A stretch of DNA of 64,000 nucleotides from Dehalococcoidia bacterium (GTDB taxonomy: Bacteria > Chloroflexota > Dehalococcoidia > Lucifugimonadales > CBDCYU01): the NCBI GenBank assembly GCA_965224345.1, contig CBDCYU010000003.1:343936-407935 (forward strand), given 5' to 3'. How positions within the stretch are numbered: position 1 is the stretch's first letter; every line of letters begins with the position of its first letter. The notes under the pieces were generated by a model. It was not told where the DNA came from. It saw only the letters and a list, made by a program, of their open reading frames with translations, and ran no database searches. Made by a program: the position numbers and the translations under genes. This document shows positions 28,868 to 38,799 of this stretch, piece by piece.

Positions 28868-29535
28868 CTCTCAGCCCATCGCTTCCTCTGCTCATCCTCC
28901 GTCGGACGCTCGTGCCGCCCCACCTCCCTCCATGCCGCCTCCCCGCTCTCCTGGGGCCGGTACGATCTGCCCTGGAGCTGAGGACGGAACCACGTGCTGG
29001 GCCGCTTCGGCGCCTGCCTGAGGTAGTCCACGTCCAGCACGAGCTCGCTCCTGTCGTACTTGCCCTCCTCGAAGCCGCTCCCCATGTGGATCGCGTCGTA
29101 GGGGCACGCCTCCACGCACAGGCCGCAGAACATGCAGCGGCCTATGTCTATGTCGAATACGTCGATGGCGTACTTCTCGCCCTCCTGCATGTCGTCGCCG
29201 CTGGGACTGGTAACGATTTTGATGATCCCCAGGGGGCAGTACTTGGCGCAGCTGGCACAGCCCGTACACCGCTCCTCGTACCAGGAGAACTCCTCGCCGC
29301 GGAAATTGGAATGCTGCCGGAATCTGTCCTCGACGGTTACCAGGCCGACCAGGGCCTTGACCGCCGTCTTCGGCTGTCTCATGACGTAGCTGAAGACGTT
29401 CGTCTCAGACATCTTGGCCAGTCCCAGGACCCCCACGCGGCGGTTTGGGTACTGGTGCGTGGTGAACATACGACCGGGCAGCACCATGTTCTTCATGGTG
29501 ACCGTCAGACCTTTGAGGAGGCCAAGTCCGTACAT
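28864..29535 (-). CDS. nuoI: NADH-quinone oxidoreductase subunit I (operon 1)
   Basis: CTGCASCAKYCP and CMFCGLCVEACP 2x[4Fe-4S] motifs. Confidence 0.94.
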   Translation of the reverse strand: MYGLGLLKGLTVTMKNMVLPGRMFTTHQYPNRRVGVLGLAKMSETNVFSYVMRQPKTAVKALVGLVTVEDRFRQHSNFRGEEFSWYEERCTGCASCAKYCPLGIIKIVTSPSGDDMQEGEKYAIDVFDIDIGRCMFCGLCVEACPYDAIHMGSGFEEGKYDRSELVLDVDYLRQAPKRPSTWFRPQLQGRSYRPQESGEAAWREVGRHERPTEDEQRKRWAER

Positions 29536-29537
29536 GG

Positions 29538-30746
29538 TCAGTCGCCCTCCGCATACATATTGGCCAACGGCGACGCCACCGGGTCCGGACGCTTTAGACG
29601 CCGCTGGCCCAGCACGTTAGCCATGACGAAGACAGCCGCCGCGGTGACGACCCAGTTGACGGCGGCCATCAGCCATAGAGAGCCTGTGGACAGCGCGCCT
29701 GTGGAGTCTCTGAGGAGATACACCTCTACGGCAACCAGGAATAGATTGACGATGGCCAGCGCAAACAGCCCCTTCCAGGCGAATCCCATGATCTGGTCCA
29801 CCCTGAGCCTTGGCCACGTCGCCCGAAACCAGAGCATTACGAAGATCACCACGCATACCATCACGACGAACCACACCTGCCCGGGGACCGGGCCGATCTG
29901 CTTGGGGCCGCCCAGGAACAGCGTGACCACGATCAGGGCGGTGATGATGGGTGCCATGAACTCGGCGAGCTGGAATATCGCGAACTTCATGCCGCTGTAC
30001 TCGGTGTGGTAGCCGGAGCCCAGCTCCGATTCGGCCTCGATCTGGTCGAAGGGCGTGCGGCTCATCTCCGCCGACGCAGCGGCCATGAACACCAGGAAGC
30101 CCAGTGGCTGCACCAGGAGGAATGGGACCGATTGGGCGGCCGCGATCCCCGACAGCGAGAGGGTGCCTGACACCAGAAGGACGCCCGTGATGGCCAGGGC
30201 CATCGGCACCTCGTAGCTGATCAGCATTGCGACGCCCCTCATCGCTCCGAACATCGCATACTTGTTGCGGGACGCCCATCCGCCCATGAATATGGCGATG
30301 GTGTTGACGGAGGTGACGCCGATCAGGAACAGCACTCCTATGTTCAGGCTGCCCAGGAAGGAGTCCGCCTCCAGGGGGATGACCGCGACCACCAGGATGG
30401 TCGGCGCCATCAGGGCGATGGGGGCGGCGTTGAAGACCCAGCGGTCGGCGTCGGCCGGTACGACGTCCTCCTTGGTCAGCAGCTTGATCCCGTCCGCGAT
30501 GGGCTGGAACATGCCGAAGGGACCCCACCTGTTGGGGCCGAGCCTCGCCTGAAAGCGCCCCAGGGCGCGCCTCTCGAACCAGGTGTACCCGGTAGCCGCC
30601 ATAAGGAGCACGTTGACCACGACGAACGCCAGCACCAGCCCCGCCAGGGCGAAGGCCGCCCATTCCAGCGACTGGGGCGTGTTCAGCAGGTCGCCCAAGA
30701 GCCCGTGGAGCCAGCAGAAGGCGCCTCCCGTTCCCTGCTCGCACAT
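29538..30746 (-). CDS. nuoH: NADH-quinone oxidoreductase subunit H (operon 1)
   Basis: ERRALGRFQARLGPNRWGP, QPIADGIKLLTKE, ISYE, RTPFD...AESEL..GYHTEYSG, PRLRVDQ. Confidence 0.95.
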   Translation of the reverse strand: MCEQGTGGAFCWLHGLLGDLLNTPQSLEWAAFALAGLVLAFVVVNVLLMAATGYTWFERRALGRFQARLGPNRWGPFGMFQPIADGIKLLTKEDVVPADADRWVFNAAPIALMAPTILVVAVIPLEADSFLGSLNIGVLFLIGVTSVNTIAIFMGGWASRNKYAMFGAMRGVAMLISYEVPMALAITGVLLVSGTLSLSGIAAAQSVPFLLVQPLGFLVFMAAASAEMSRTPFDQIEAESELGSGYHTEYSGMKFAIFQLAEFMAPIITALIVVTLFLGGPKQIGPVPGQVWFVVMVCVVIFVMLWFRATWPRLRVDQIMGFAWKGLFALAIVNLFLVAVEVYLLRDSTGALSTGSLWLMAAVNWVVTAAAVFVMANVLGQRRLKRPDPVASPLANMYAEGD

Positions 30747-31849
30747 CAGCGGTCGACCTCCCCCATGACGACGTCGACGGAGCCGAAGATGGTTATCAGG
30801 TCCGCCATCTTCCACCCCACCAGCATGTCCCGGAGCACGGTCAGGTTGATGTACGAGGGTGCGCGTATCTTGCAGCGATAGGGGGCTATCCCCCCGTCGC
30901 TCACCAGGAAGAACCCCAGCTCCCCCTTGGGGCCTTCGACGGCGGCGTAGGCATCGCCCTCCGGGGGCCTGACGTTGAAAGGCGTCTCCGTCCGCGCGGG
31001 CCCATCGGGAATGTCCCGCACCGCCTGCCGGACGATCTTGAGGCTCTCCCGCATCTCCAGCACGCGGACCAGGTACCTGTCGAAGGTGTCGCCGGCGGCG
31101 CCGATGGGGACGTCGAACTCGAACCTGTCGTAGACCTCGTAAGGGTCCGCCTTTCGGAGGTCCCACTGGACCGACGAGGCCCTCAGCATGGGCCCGGTAA
31201 CCGACGCGTTGATGGCCTGCTCCGCCGAGAGGACGCCGACGCCCCTGGTGCGCGCCAGCACTATCTCGTTGCCGGTAATCAGGTCCTCCAGCTCGTCGAG
31301 GTAGCCCGGCAGGTCGTCGAGGAATATGTCCAGGGCCGGCCAGAACTCCTCCGGCGGCTCCTGGAAGACGCCGCCGGGCCTCATGTAGCTGAGGGTGATC
31401 CGGGCCCCGCAGAGCATCTCGAAGAGGTCGAGAATCCGCTCCCGCTCCCGGAAGCAGTACATCAGGGGAGTGGCGAAGGCGCCCATGTCGTTGAGCAGGA
31501 ACCCGGTGGCCATCAGGTGGCTGGCGATGCGCTGCAGCTCCGCGCTGATGACCCGCAGGTACATGGCGTGCTCCGGGACCTCGATGCCCGCCAGCTTCTC
31601 CACGGCCCTGACGTAAGCGAGGTTGTTGGACATGCTGGCGACGTAGTCCAGCCGGTCGGTGAGTGTGACGACCTGAACGTAGGTGCGAGACTCCGCCAGC
31701 TTCTCGGTGCCGCGGTGGAGGTAGCCAAAGACCGGTTCGACGTCGATCACCACCTCGCCGTCGAAGGTGACTCGGAGCCGGAACACCCCGTGGGTGCTGG
31801 GGTGCTGCGGCCCCAGGTTTATGGTTACGGGCTCAGTCTTTATTGCCAT
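30746..31849 (-). CDS. nuoD: NADH-quinone oxidoreductase subunit D (operon 1)
   Basis: NLGPQHPSTHGVFRL, GYLHRGTEK, DRLDY, EGPKGELG, GEVDR. Confidence 0.96.
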   Translation of the reverse strand: MAIKTEPVTINLGPQHPSTHGVFRLRVTFDGEVVIDVEPVFGYLHRGTEKLAESRTYVQVVTLTDRLDYVASMSNNLAYVRAVEKLAGIEVPEHAMYLRVISAELQRIASHLMATGFLLNDMGAFATPLMYCFRERERILDLFEMLCGARITLSYMRPGGVFQEPPEEFWPALDIFLDDLPGYLDELEDLITGNEIVLARTRGVGVLSAEQAINASVTGPMLRASSVQWDLRKADPYEVYDRFEFDVPIGAAGDTFDRYLVRVLEMRESLKIVRQAVRDIPDGPARTETPFNVRPPEGDAYAAVEGPKGELGFFLVSDGGIAPYRCKIRAPSYINLTVLRDMLVGWKMADLITIFGSVDVVMGEVDR

Positions 31850-31864
31850 GCGACGCTATTCAAA

Positions 31865-32308
31865 CTATCCGACATAGTCTTTCCTGAGGGGGTGTCCCGG
31901 GAACTCCTCCCACAGCAGGATACGCTTCATGTTCGGGTGGCCGTCGAACCTGATCCCCATCAGGTCCCATATCTCTCGCTCCTGCAGGTCGGCCCCCTCC
32001 CACACGCTGACCACCGACGGCACCACCGGCGTCCCCCTCCCGTGGCACCGGGTGCGCACCACCGCGCTCCGGTTCCTCCTCATCGAGAGGAGATGGTATA
32101 TGAGCTCGAACTGCTCCACGTAGTCCACGGCGGTCAGGGCGGTGAGAAAGCTGAAGTCGAGATCGGGGCTCTCGTTCAGATAGCGGGAGACCTCCAGCAC
32201 GGACTCGGGAGTGATCCAGACGCTCTCCAAGTCGTGGTGAGTCACCGCTCCCGGGAGCGCCTCGTCGATTCGCCTGGCTACTTCGCCGCCCGCCAATGCC
32301 CTGGTCAT
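31865..32308 (-). CDS. nuoC: NADH-quinone oxidoreductase subunit C (operon 1)
   Basis: LTAVDY, EREIWDLMGIRFDGHPNMKRILL, GHPLRKDY. Confidence 0.95.
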   Translation of the reverse strand: MTRALAGGEVARRIDEALPGAVTHHDLESVWITPESVLEVSRYLNESPDLDFSFLTALTAVDYVEQFELIYHLLSMRRNRSAVVRTRCHGRGTPVVPSVVSVWEGADLQEREIWDLMGIRFDGHPNMKRILLWEEFPGHPLRKDYVG

Positions 32309-32314
32309 GCCGTC

Positions 32315-32944
32315 TCACCGCTGTCGCTTAATCGACGAATGGCGCCTGATCTTCTCGTGCAGCTGCATGATGCCGTACAGGAGGGCGTCGGGACGGGGCG
32401 GGCAGCCGGGTACGTAGACGTCGACAGGTATGATGTGGTTGACTCCCGGAACGACGCTGTACGCGCCATAGTAGGGCCCTCCGCTGGTGGCGCACACGCC
32501 CATCGAGATGACCCACTTGGGATCGGCCATCTGCTCGTACACACGCTGTATCGCGGGCGCCATCTTCCAGGTGACGGTACCGGCGATGATCATCAGATCG
32601 GCCTGCCGCGGAGAAGGCCGGAAGACCTCCATGCCGAATCGGGAGATGTCAAACCGCGACATGGCGCTGGCCATCATCTCGAAGGCGCAACAGGCGAGCC
32701 CAAAAGACAGGGGCCACACAGCCGACTTTCTCCCCCAGCCTATCAGCGCGTCTATAGAGGTGACCGCTAGGTTCTGCTTCAGGTCCTCGGACACGTTGAT
32801 GCCGGGAACGGGTATCGCCTCCGTGTGCGTCTCCTTCAGTTCGTTGACCTGAGCGCCCTCTGCCCTGTCCAGGTCCCAGGTGGTCTGGTAGAGCGGGATC
32901 GCGCCGCCCGAGCCGTGGTCTTCCGCGTCCGCCGTCATCCCCAT
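32315..32944 (-). CDS. nuoB: NADH-quinone oxidoreductase subunit B (operon 1)
   Basis: [33 protein letters not shown]. Confidence 0.96.
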   Translation of the reverse strand: MGMTADAEDHGSGGAIPLYQTTWDLDRAEGAQVNELKETHTEAIPVPGINVSEDLKQNLAVTSIDALIGWGRKSAVWPLSFGLACCAFEMMASAMSRFDISRFGMEVFRPSPRQADLMIIAGTVTWKMAPAIQRVYEQMADPKWVISMGVCATSGGPYYGAYSVVPGVNHIIPVDVYVPGCPPRPDALLYGIMQLHEKIRRHSSIKRQR

Positions 32945-33330
32945 TCCAACGCCCCCTTACGCCATGCATAGAGCCAGCCAACGACAAGGATACCTATGAA
33001 GACGACCATCTCCAGCAGCGCGAACAATCCGAACTGGGTCGATAGGAAGCCGAAGCTGGCCGCCCACGGGAAGAGGAACACGACCTCTACGTCGAATACG
33101 ACAAATATGAGGGCAAAGGCGTAGTACCTGAAGTTGTACTGGCTCCACCTGCCCGTCAGGGTCTCGAAGCCGCACTCGTAGATGCTCTGCTTGATGGGGT
33201 TCGGCAGGCTGGGGCGGATGTTGACCTTGGACAACATCCACGACATGAGCAGCACGCCCGTCGGGACGCCTACGGCGAGGGCCGAGAATATGGCGATGAG
33301 CCCGTACTGGCGGAAGTAGTCGTCAGCCAT
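32935..33330 (-). CDS. nuoA: NADH-quinone oxidoreductase subunit A (operon 1)
   Basis: [27 protein letters not shown]. Confidence 0.95.
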   Translation of the reverse strand: MADDYFRQYGLIAIFSALAVGVPTGVLLMSWMLSKVNIRPSLPNPIKQSIYECGFETLTGRWSQYNFRYYAFALIFVVFDVEVVFLFPWAASFGFLSTQFGLFALLEMVVFIGILVVGWLYAWRKGALEWG

Positions 33331-33382
33331 TGCACATTGCAGGAATCAAACCGGACTCGATGCTTACCGGATGCCAGCGTGA

Positions 33383-33427
33383 AATATAGCATAGGGGATA
33401 TCCCATTTCAAGTGAAAAATCCCACAA
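33383..33427 (-). promoter_or_regulatory. Putative nuo operon 1 promoter with an adjacent Rex-like palindrome
   Basis: Minus strand TTGAAA-17 bp-TATATT with a TG extension; TTGTGGG-ATTT-TTCACTT (33410-33427) matches TTGTGAA-N4-TTCACAA at 10/14. Confidence 0.5.
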
Positions 33428-33592
33428 ACGGTACTGGGGTCAGTCTACGAACGCTTCCTTGGCATCCGGCGCGATGCGCGTGAGCGCACGGGGCCCGCGC
33501 TCGAGTTTGGCTGGATGACCAGCTACTATTCGAATAGCCCCAGTGCGATGCTCTTGCCTGTGCGTATCTGCACGCCGACAGGCTGCGGCGAG

Positions 33593-35983
33593 CTACGGCT
33601 TGTCCATACGGTAGCCTACGCGGGGCTCGGTAAAGATGTACCTTGGGTCGCTGGCGTCGTCTCCCAGTTTGCGGCGCAGGTTCTTTACGACGGCTCGAAG
33701 CAGCTGGCCCTCCCCAGAGTACTCCGACCCCCAGACCCGCCGCAGGATCTGGTCGTGGGTCAATACGCGTCCGGCGCTGACGGAAAGCTCGAAGAGCAGC
33801 TTATACTCGGTCGCGGACAGCTGCGCCGGACAACCGGATACGGTCACACCACGGTCCGCATAGTCGATAGTCAGGTCTCCAAGGCGGTAGGGCTGACGCG
33901 GCATTTTCGCACCAGCCGCTCCTCGCTTTCGCAGTGATGCCGCGACCCTCGCAACCAGCTCAGTCGAGGAGAAGGGCTTGACGATGTAGTCGTCGGCTCC
34001 CATTCCGAGAGCCTTTACAATGTTCTCCTCCTGGTCGTCCGCGGACAGGAAGATGATCGGCGCGTCGGACACCTTGCGGATGCGGCCCATCAGCTCGAAC
34101 CCGCTGGTCCCGGGCACCATCAGGTCCAATAAGACGAGGTGGGGCTGCTCCACCTCCAATAGGTGCATCATCTCATCCGGGTTGCCGGTCCCGAGAACCG
34201 TGTAACCATCGTCGGAGAGTATGGTTCGAAGGAGCCGCAACACCTGAGGCTCGTCGTCCACGGCGAGAATCCGCCTTCCATCACTCGGCCTAACGGCCGG
34301 AGCGTCGCCGGTGGTCTCCTGAACGGCCTCGGGAATCGTGAAGGTGATCCGCGTGCCTCGTCCCTCGCCGCCGCTCTCGGCCCAGATGCGGCCTCCGTGC
34401 GCCTCGACTATTCCCTTGCAGATGGCGAGGCCGAGCCCCTCGCCCGCGACCCTTCGCTCACGGCCGCCGTCCTCTATCCGGGAGAACTTCCTGAACAGGT
34501 TGGTCAGCTGATCGGAAGGGATTCCCCTGCCTCCGTCGATTACGGAGACGGTCACGTGGTCGCCGTCTTGTGATGCAGTTACCCTGATCGTCGAGGTCTC
34601 CGGTGAGTACTTGGATGCATTGGACAGCAGGTTGTTCAGGACTTGGGCGATACGCCGATTATCGGCCGCAATGAGGGGCAGATTCGGGTCGAGGTCTACT
34701 TCGACGGCGTTCCGCACGCCACGTCGGAGGAACGCGGTCTTGGCCTCGTCAACCAGCGCCTTCACGTCCGTGGGTTTGGGAGTTACGGATAAAGCCCCGG
34801 CTTCTATCCGCGTCATGTCGAGGAGGTTGTTGACGAGGTCGCGCAGGTGACCGGACTGATCGTCTATCATTCGGAAGTACTGGAGGAGCTCGGAGATATG
34901 GAGCGGGTCGGGGCTGCGCAGCACTACGGAGGTGCAGCCTATGATGGTGGTGAGAGGCGTTCGCAGCTCATGGCTGACCATGGCGAGGAACTCATTGCGC
35001 AGCCGTTCGACCTCCTCCAAGGGCGTCATGTCCTGGAGAACGGCGACAGCGGAGATGATCTCTCCGTCATCCGAGTAGATCGGCGTCGCGTTGACGAGGA
35101 CCATGATCGTCCCGCCGTCCGGGCGGTCGAGCAGTATCTCCTCGGCCCGCACGATATCGCCTCGGTCGAGGGCCCTCACCAGCGGACGTTCGTCAGTTTC
35201 ATACTTCTCCCCGTCCGTTCGCCGGTAGATCGCTACCTCGTGGTATCGCACGAGCGTGGTGCCGGGCTCCGGCGACATGCCCAGGATGCGCTCCGCCTCC
35301 TGGTTGACGGACGCGAAGGTCCTCGTATCGGCGTCGACGACCATGACACCGACCGGTGAGGACTCCACCAGGGCGGCTAATCGTCGTCTCTCGGTCTCTA
35401 GCTCATCCCTGGCACGCCGCTCTTCTCCATGCCTGAGGGCGTTGCCAATGGCGGCTGCGGCCTGTGACGCGAACATGACGAGGGTCTCTTGGTCCTCTTC
35501 TGAGAACTCCCCGCCTCCTTCCTTCTCGAGCAGGCAGATGCTGCCAAGAGGCTCGCCGAGATGACGGACCGGCGCGCCGAGGAGGTCCTTGATGGGTGGG
35601 TGGTTGTCGGGGAAGCCGACCGACCGCGGATGCTGATAGAGGTCCGCGAGTCGCAGCGGCTCCCGAATCTCGTTCAGGTATCCCAGGAGGCCCAGCCCCT
35701 TGGGCAGGTCCCCCAGCAGCCGGCGCTCTTTGGGGGTGACGCCGGAGGTGATGAAGTCCTGTACGCGCCCAGAGTCGTCGAACACCCCGACCGCGCCGTA
35801 CTGGGCGTCGGTCAGCGAGCGGACGCCGTCCACGACCTCCTGCAGGACGGTATCAAGGTCGAGGCTCTCGGTGATGCGGCGGCTGACCTCGCTCATCTTG
35901 GCGACGCGAGCCCGCAGTGCTTCGTTCTCTCGTCTGAGCTTGTCGGCTTCCTCCATTTGGCTCGTCCTGACTGCGGTTGACAC
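33593..35983 (-). CDS. Cytoplasmic hybrid regulator: GAF-PAS-HisKA-HATPase-REC-OmpR/PhoB winged helix
   Basis: GAF SVGFPDNHPP; PAS VESSPVGVMVVD; H-box SHELRTPL; NLLSNASKY; GEGLGLAIC; REC VDDE/LLDL/KPF; LSATEYKLL...LRRKLGDD...TEPRVGY. Confidence 0.94.
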   Translation of the reverse strand: MSTAVRTSQMEEADKLRRENEALRARVAKMSEVSRRITESLDLDTVLQEVVDGVRSLTDAQYGAVGVFDDSGRVQDFITSGVTPKERRLLGDLPKGLGLLGYLNEIREPLRLADLYQHPRSVGFPDNHPPIKDLLGAPVRHLGEPLGSICLLEKEGGGEFSEEDQETLVMFASQAAAAIGNALRHGEERRARDELETERRRLAALVESSPVGVMVVDADTRTFASVNQEAERILGMSPEPGTTLVRYHEVAIYRRTDGEKYETDERPLVRALDRGDIVRAEEILLDRPDGGTIMVLVNATPIYSDDGEIISAVAVLQDMTPLEEVERLRNEFLAMVSHELRTPLTTIIGCTSVVLRSPDPLHISELLQYFRMIDDQSGHLRDLVNNLLDMTRIEAGALSVTPKPTDVKALVDEAKTAFLRRGVRNAVEVDLDPNLPLIAADNRRIAQVLNNLLSNASKYSPETSTIRVTASQDGDHVTVSVIDGGRGIPSDQLTNLFRKFSRIEDGGRERRVAGEGLGLAICKGIVEAHGGRIWAESGGEGRGTRITFTIPEAVQETTGDAPAVRPSDGRRILAVDDEPQVLRLLRTILSDDGYTVLGTGNPDEMMHLLEVEQPHLVLLDLMVPGTSGFELMGRIRKVSDAPIIFLSADDQEENIVKALGMGADDYIVKPFSSTELVARVAASLRKRGAAGAKMPRQPYRLGDLTIDYADRGVTVSGCPAQLSATEYKLLFELSVSAGRVLTHDQILRRVWGSEYSGEGQLLRAVVKNLRRKLGDDASDPRYIFTEPRVGYRMDKP

Positions 35984-36060
35984 GCGGTTGCACGGCGTTC
36001 GTATGCGTGGGCCCGCATTGTATCAGTTTCGCTGCCCTCACAGGGAACCACGGGAAATCT

Positions 36061-36148
36061 TCACAGTTTTGTCACAGAAAGGGGGTTGTTTTTCACGTCA
36101 GATTCACACGGCCCGCCTACAATCGGCAGTATCACAGGTAACAGGAGG
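36061..36148 (+). promoter_or_regulatory. Promoter copy 1 with phased TCAC direct repeats (OmpR/PhoB-type operator), -10 and RBS
   Basis: TCAC at 36061, 36072, 36093 and 36104 (spacing 11/21/11); TACAAT at 36118-36123; AGGAGG before ATG 36155. Confidence 0.7.
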
Positions 36149-36154
36149 TGCGAG

Positions 36155-36816
36155 ATGTTGAAGCGTTTGATGTTGACTACTCTGATGGCGGTCCTTGCTG
36201 CTGTAGTGCTAGTGGCGGCATCGCCACCCGAAGGTGGTGATAGCAGACAATCGTATTCTGCTAGCAATCTAGGAGTTGGTGCCTTCGCTCAGTCACTCGA
36301 AGCGGAAAGCCCGTCAGGATGTGTGCAACGCGCCCATCATATCCATGAGTCTAGCCATGAGCCGGGTCGAATGAACGGTGAAATCCGTGCTACATGCAGC
36401 AGTGCAGTAACGTATATGCACCATACGGCTCAGATGTGGGAGAAACGCTGGTGGGGATGGGATCGGATTGGAGTCAAAGGCACATTCTCAGCGGCAGGCG
36501 TAAGTCAAGGCTGATTCTCTCGTAAAAAGTCTGTGCAGGCCGAATTAGAACAACCGTACCCGCGCCGGGGTACAATATACAGTCTCTATTCCGTATACTA
36601 CCCCAACATACGGTAGCGCGCATATGTGCGAAATTGCTGGAACTTCCTCAAACCGGGTTTTTACGAGGGAATCAAGGCTCCGCCTACGCGAATGATGTCT
36701 GCAGGGATAACCAGATACGAGTCACGGGTGAGGGCTATATCATTGACGTTGACGGGCAGCAGACATACCACGCGGAAACAGAGAGTGCGCATTTCGACAA
36801 TCCATGCGATCTCTAG
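36155..36816 (+). pseudogene. Secreted Cys-containing protein A1 (164 aa reconstructed), interrupted by a MITE
   Basis: Signal-like MLKRLMLTTLMAVLAAVVLVAA; GCVQRAHHIHESSHEPG; removing the MITE restores ...VSQG|SAYANDVC...VDGQQTY...NPCDL*. Confidence 0.85.
36513..36673. mobile_element. 161-bp MITE sharing ends with the IS at 269-2247
   Basis: TIRs GATTCTCTCGTAAAAA / TTTTTACGAGGGAATC; 6-bp duplication AAGGCT at 36507-36512 and 36674-36679; no transposase. Confidence 0.93.
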
Positions 36817-36979
36817 AGAGATGTGTGCTCTGCACCCTCATAGCGCTGGTTGGTTCATCTGACTCCAATCGCCACGAGCCAGCCTGTGTACCGCCATCCC
36901 GGGTCATTCGTCCGAGGTGGCGGTACACGTTGACTGAGATGCGCTTCAACCATACGACGGCGCCAGGGAAAAAAGAGCG

Positions 36980-37744
36980 ATGGATGCTCTCGAACTAATT
37001 AAAGGCCCTGTAGGCCGCACCCTGCTGGAATCGCTACACACCGATAGACTCGACCATCCGGGTGCGCTCCAGATGATAGAAGAAGGAAAACTCCTTCAGC
37101 TCGTAGTCTCGGCGGCGCTCAGAGTGACTAGCGAAGGATTAGAAGCTGCCATGAGGCTCAATGTTCGTCAGCCAAGTCGAGGCGAGGTTGCTCTCGCCGA
37201 ACAGCTATTGGACTGTCCTGCAGCCAGATGGTGGACGGCTCCGTGGAACACTCGGGCACAGATATGGACTTGCCCCAAGGGTAGTGGGCCACCAACGCAA
37301 AGAGTATCTCCTTCGGCACCTCACAAGCCACGAGTTGTACTGTGGACTTCGTCTCGCGTCGCGCGGATTGGCTCTGCATGGATGCCAGTGGCCACGAGCG
37401 GAGTAGTGGTCCTTCCTCGGGTGCAGGAGAGTTGGCAAGTCGAAATAGAGCCTAGGTTACCGATAGTAGAGGTGCACACTGCCGCCGACTGGGGGAAACT
37501 GTGCAATTCTGCTCCAGTGCACAACATTGATGGTTTGATAGAGCCAGATTGGACGGCAGTTGCGGATCGTTCAGATGGAGTGCACCTGAGCGTGGCTGGG
37601 CTGATTGCTGCACAAGGATTACCTGTGAGAGGGACCCACGGAGTAGGGATGATGTGGGGCTGGGGCACGGAAAGCACGGCATGGCTGAACTGGCATGTAA
37701 ACTCGTGCACTACCGGCTGCCAAGCCGTGCACGAAGGTTGCTGA
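36980..37744 (+). CDS. Hypothetical cytoplasmic protein B1 (PDW..VA...DGVHL family)
   Basis: Shares AxWW, AQxW, KP...TS, EVH...DW..LC, P[DN]W.AV....DGVHLS and W..E.T.WL with 39563-40462. Confidence 0.8.
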   Translation: MDALELIKGPVGRTLLESLHTDRLDHPGALQMIEEGKLLQLVVSAALRVTSEGLEAAMRLNVRQPSRGEVALAEQLLDCPAARWWTAPWNTRAQIWTCPKGSGPPTQRVSPSAPHKPRVVLWTSSRVARIGSAWMPVATSGVVVLPRVQESWQVEIEPRLPIVEVHTAADWGKLCNSAPVHNIDGLIEPDWTAVADRSDGVHLSVAGLIAAQGLPVRGTHGVGMMWGWGTESTAWLNWHVNSCTTGCQAVHEGC

Positions 37745-37876
37745 ATCAATGCACCATGTGAGGTCGGAACCAGTAAGCGGTATGTCCAACTCGCCATAGC
37801 GCGCATGACCGTCGATGGAGTCACCTATTCGGCGGTTAAGGGTGCAGGCGCGGATGTAGATTGTGGCGGCCAGTAG
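37745..37876 (+). pseudogene. Orphan C-terminal fragment A2 of a secreted protein paralog
   Basis: INAPCEVGTSKRYVQLAIARMTVDGVTYSAVKGAGADVDCGGQ* is 29/43 identical to the C-terminus of A3; no start codon. Confidence 0.88.
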
Positions 37877-37899
37877 TAGGAAGGAGCCTGTCATCTCCG

Positions 37900-38799
37900 A
37901 TGGCTGATACTGACACACGAGCTGACCATCTTCTGAGCTCCATCGTCGGTTGTGCCTTTTGTGGTCGCACTCGACGAGACCGGCCTCACGCCGGGCGACG
38001 TGGCGGACCCGAAGACCGCCCTGCGGATGGCCGCGGCGTGCGTCGATTTCGTGGACAGGTACGACGCCAACTATGGTCTGGTCGCGCCTGGAGTGCTGGC
38101 TCTCGCAAGGGACAAGGCGCCCCAGGCGCGCGCCCTCTTTGAACACCCCGACACCGCATGGTGGTTCGACGACGTGGACCTGCGCGCCCAGGCTTGGATC
38201 TCCATACACGGGACTCTGGACAGGTTCATATATGGAACGCCGCCGGATACGGTGACGTGGCGTCGACCGGAAAACCCATCCAGACGTTGGGAGCGCTACG
38301 CACAGAGGCCCTACGGCAACCAGATCACATCGACCCTGTACGGCTCTTACTTGACGTCCAAGCTCCTGGCCTACGAAGAACGGGTGGGAGACGTCCTATG
38401 TCAGTTCCCGCTGGCGTGGTGGTCCATCCGCTTCCTCGATGAGGTGCGGGTGTTCGAGATTCATGGCCCGTCGGACTGGCACGACCTGTGCGTCAGGTAT
38501 CCCGCAAGAGGCACTGAGGACGACCGCCTGGTGCCAAATGGGGAGCCGCGTCGGAAGAGTGGGACGGCGTCCACTTGAGCTTGGGCGGGCTGCTGACCGC
38601 CGAGCAGAACCGGTACGAGTCACCCGCCGGATGGACCATGCTGGACTCGTGGCACGCTGAGCAGACCTACTGGCTACGGGCGCTGAAGACTGAAACGAAG
38701 CGTCAACCGGACTTCGACATAGGGCTGGGCCCGCCCGGCATCCATGGACTGCGTTTTCCCGACTTTGGCGAGGAACGCAGAGCACTGCTGCGCAGCTGA
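37900..38799 (+). pseudogene. Protein B2, frameshifted paralog of B3
   Basis: Same 900-bp span as 39563-40462; +1 T near 37960 and -1 near 38539 relative to B3. Confidence 0.88.

Noticed and set aside
33593-35983. Calling the regulator kdpD/kdpE
   Set aside because: The output domain is KdpE-like, but there is no KdpD sensor, Usp or TM region and no kdpABC nearby.
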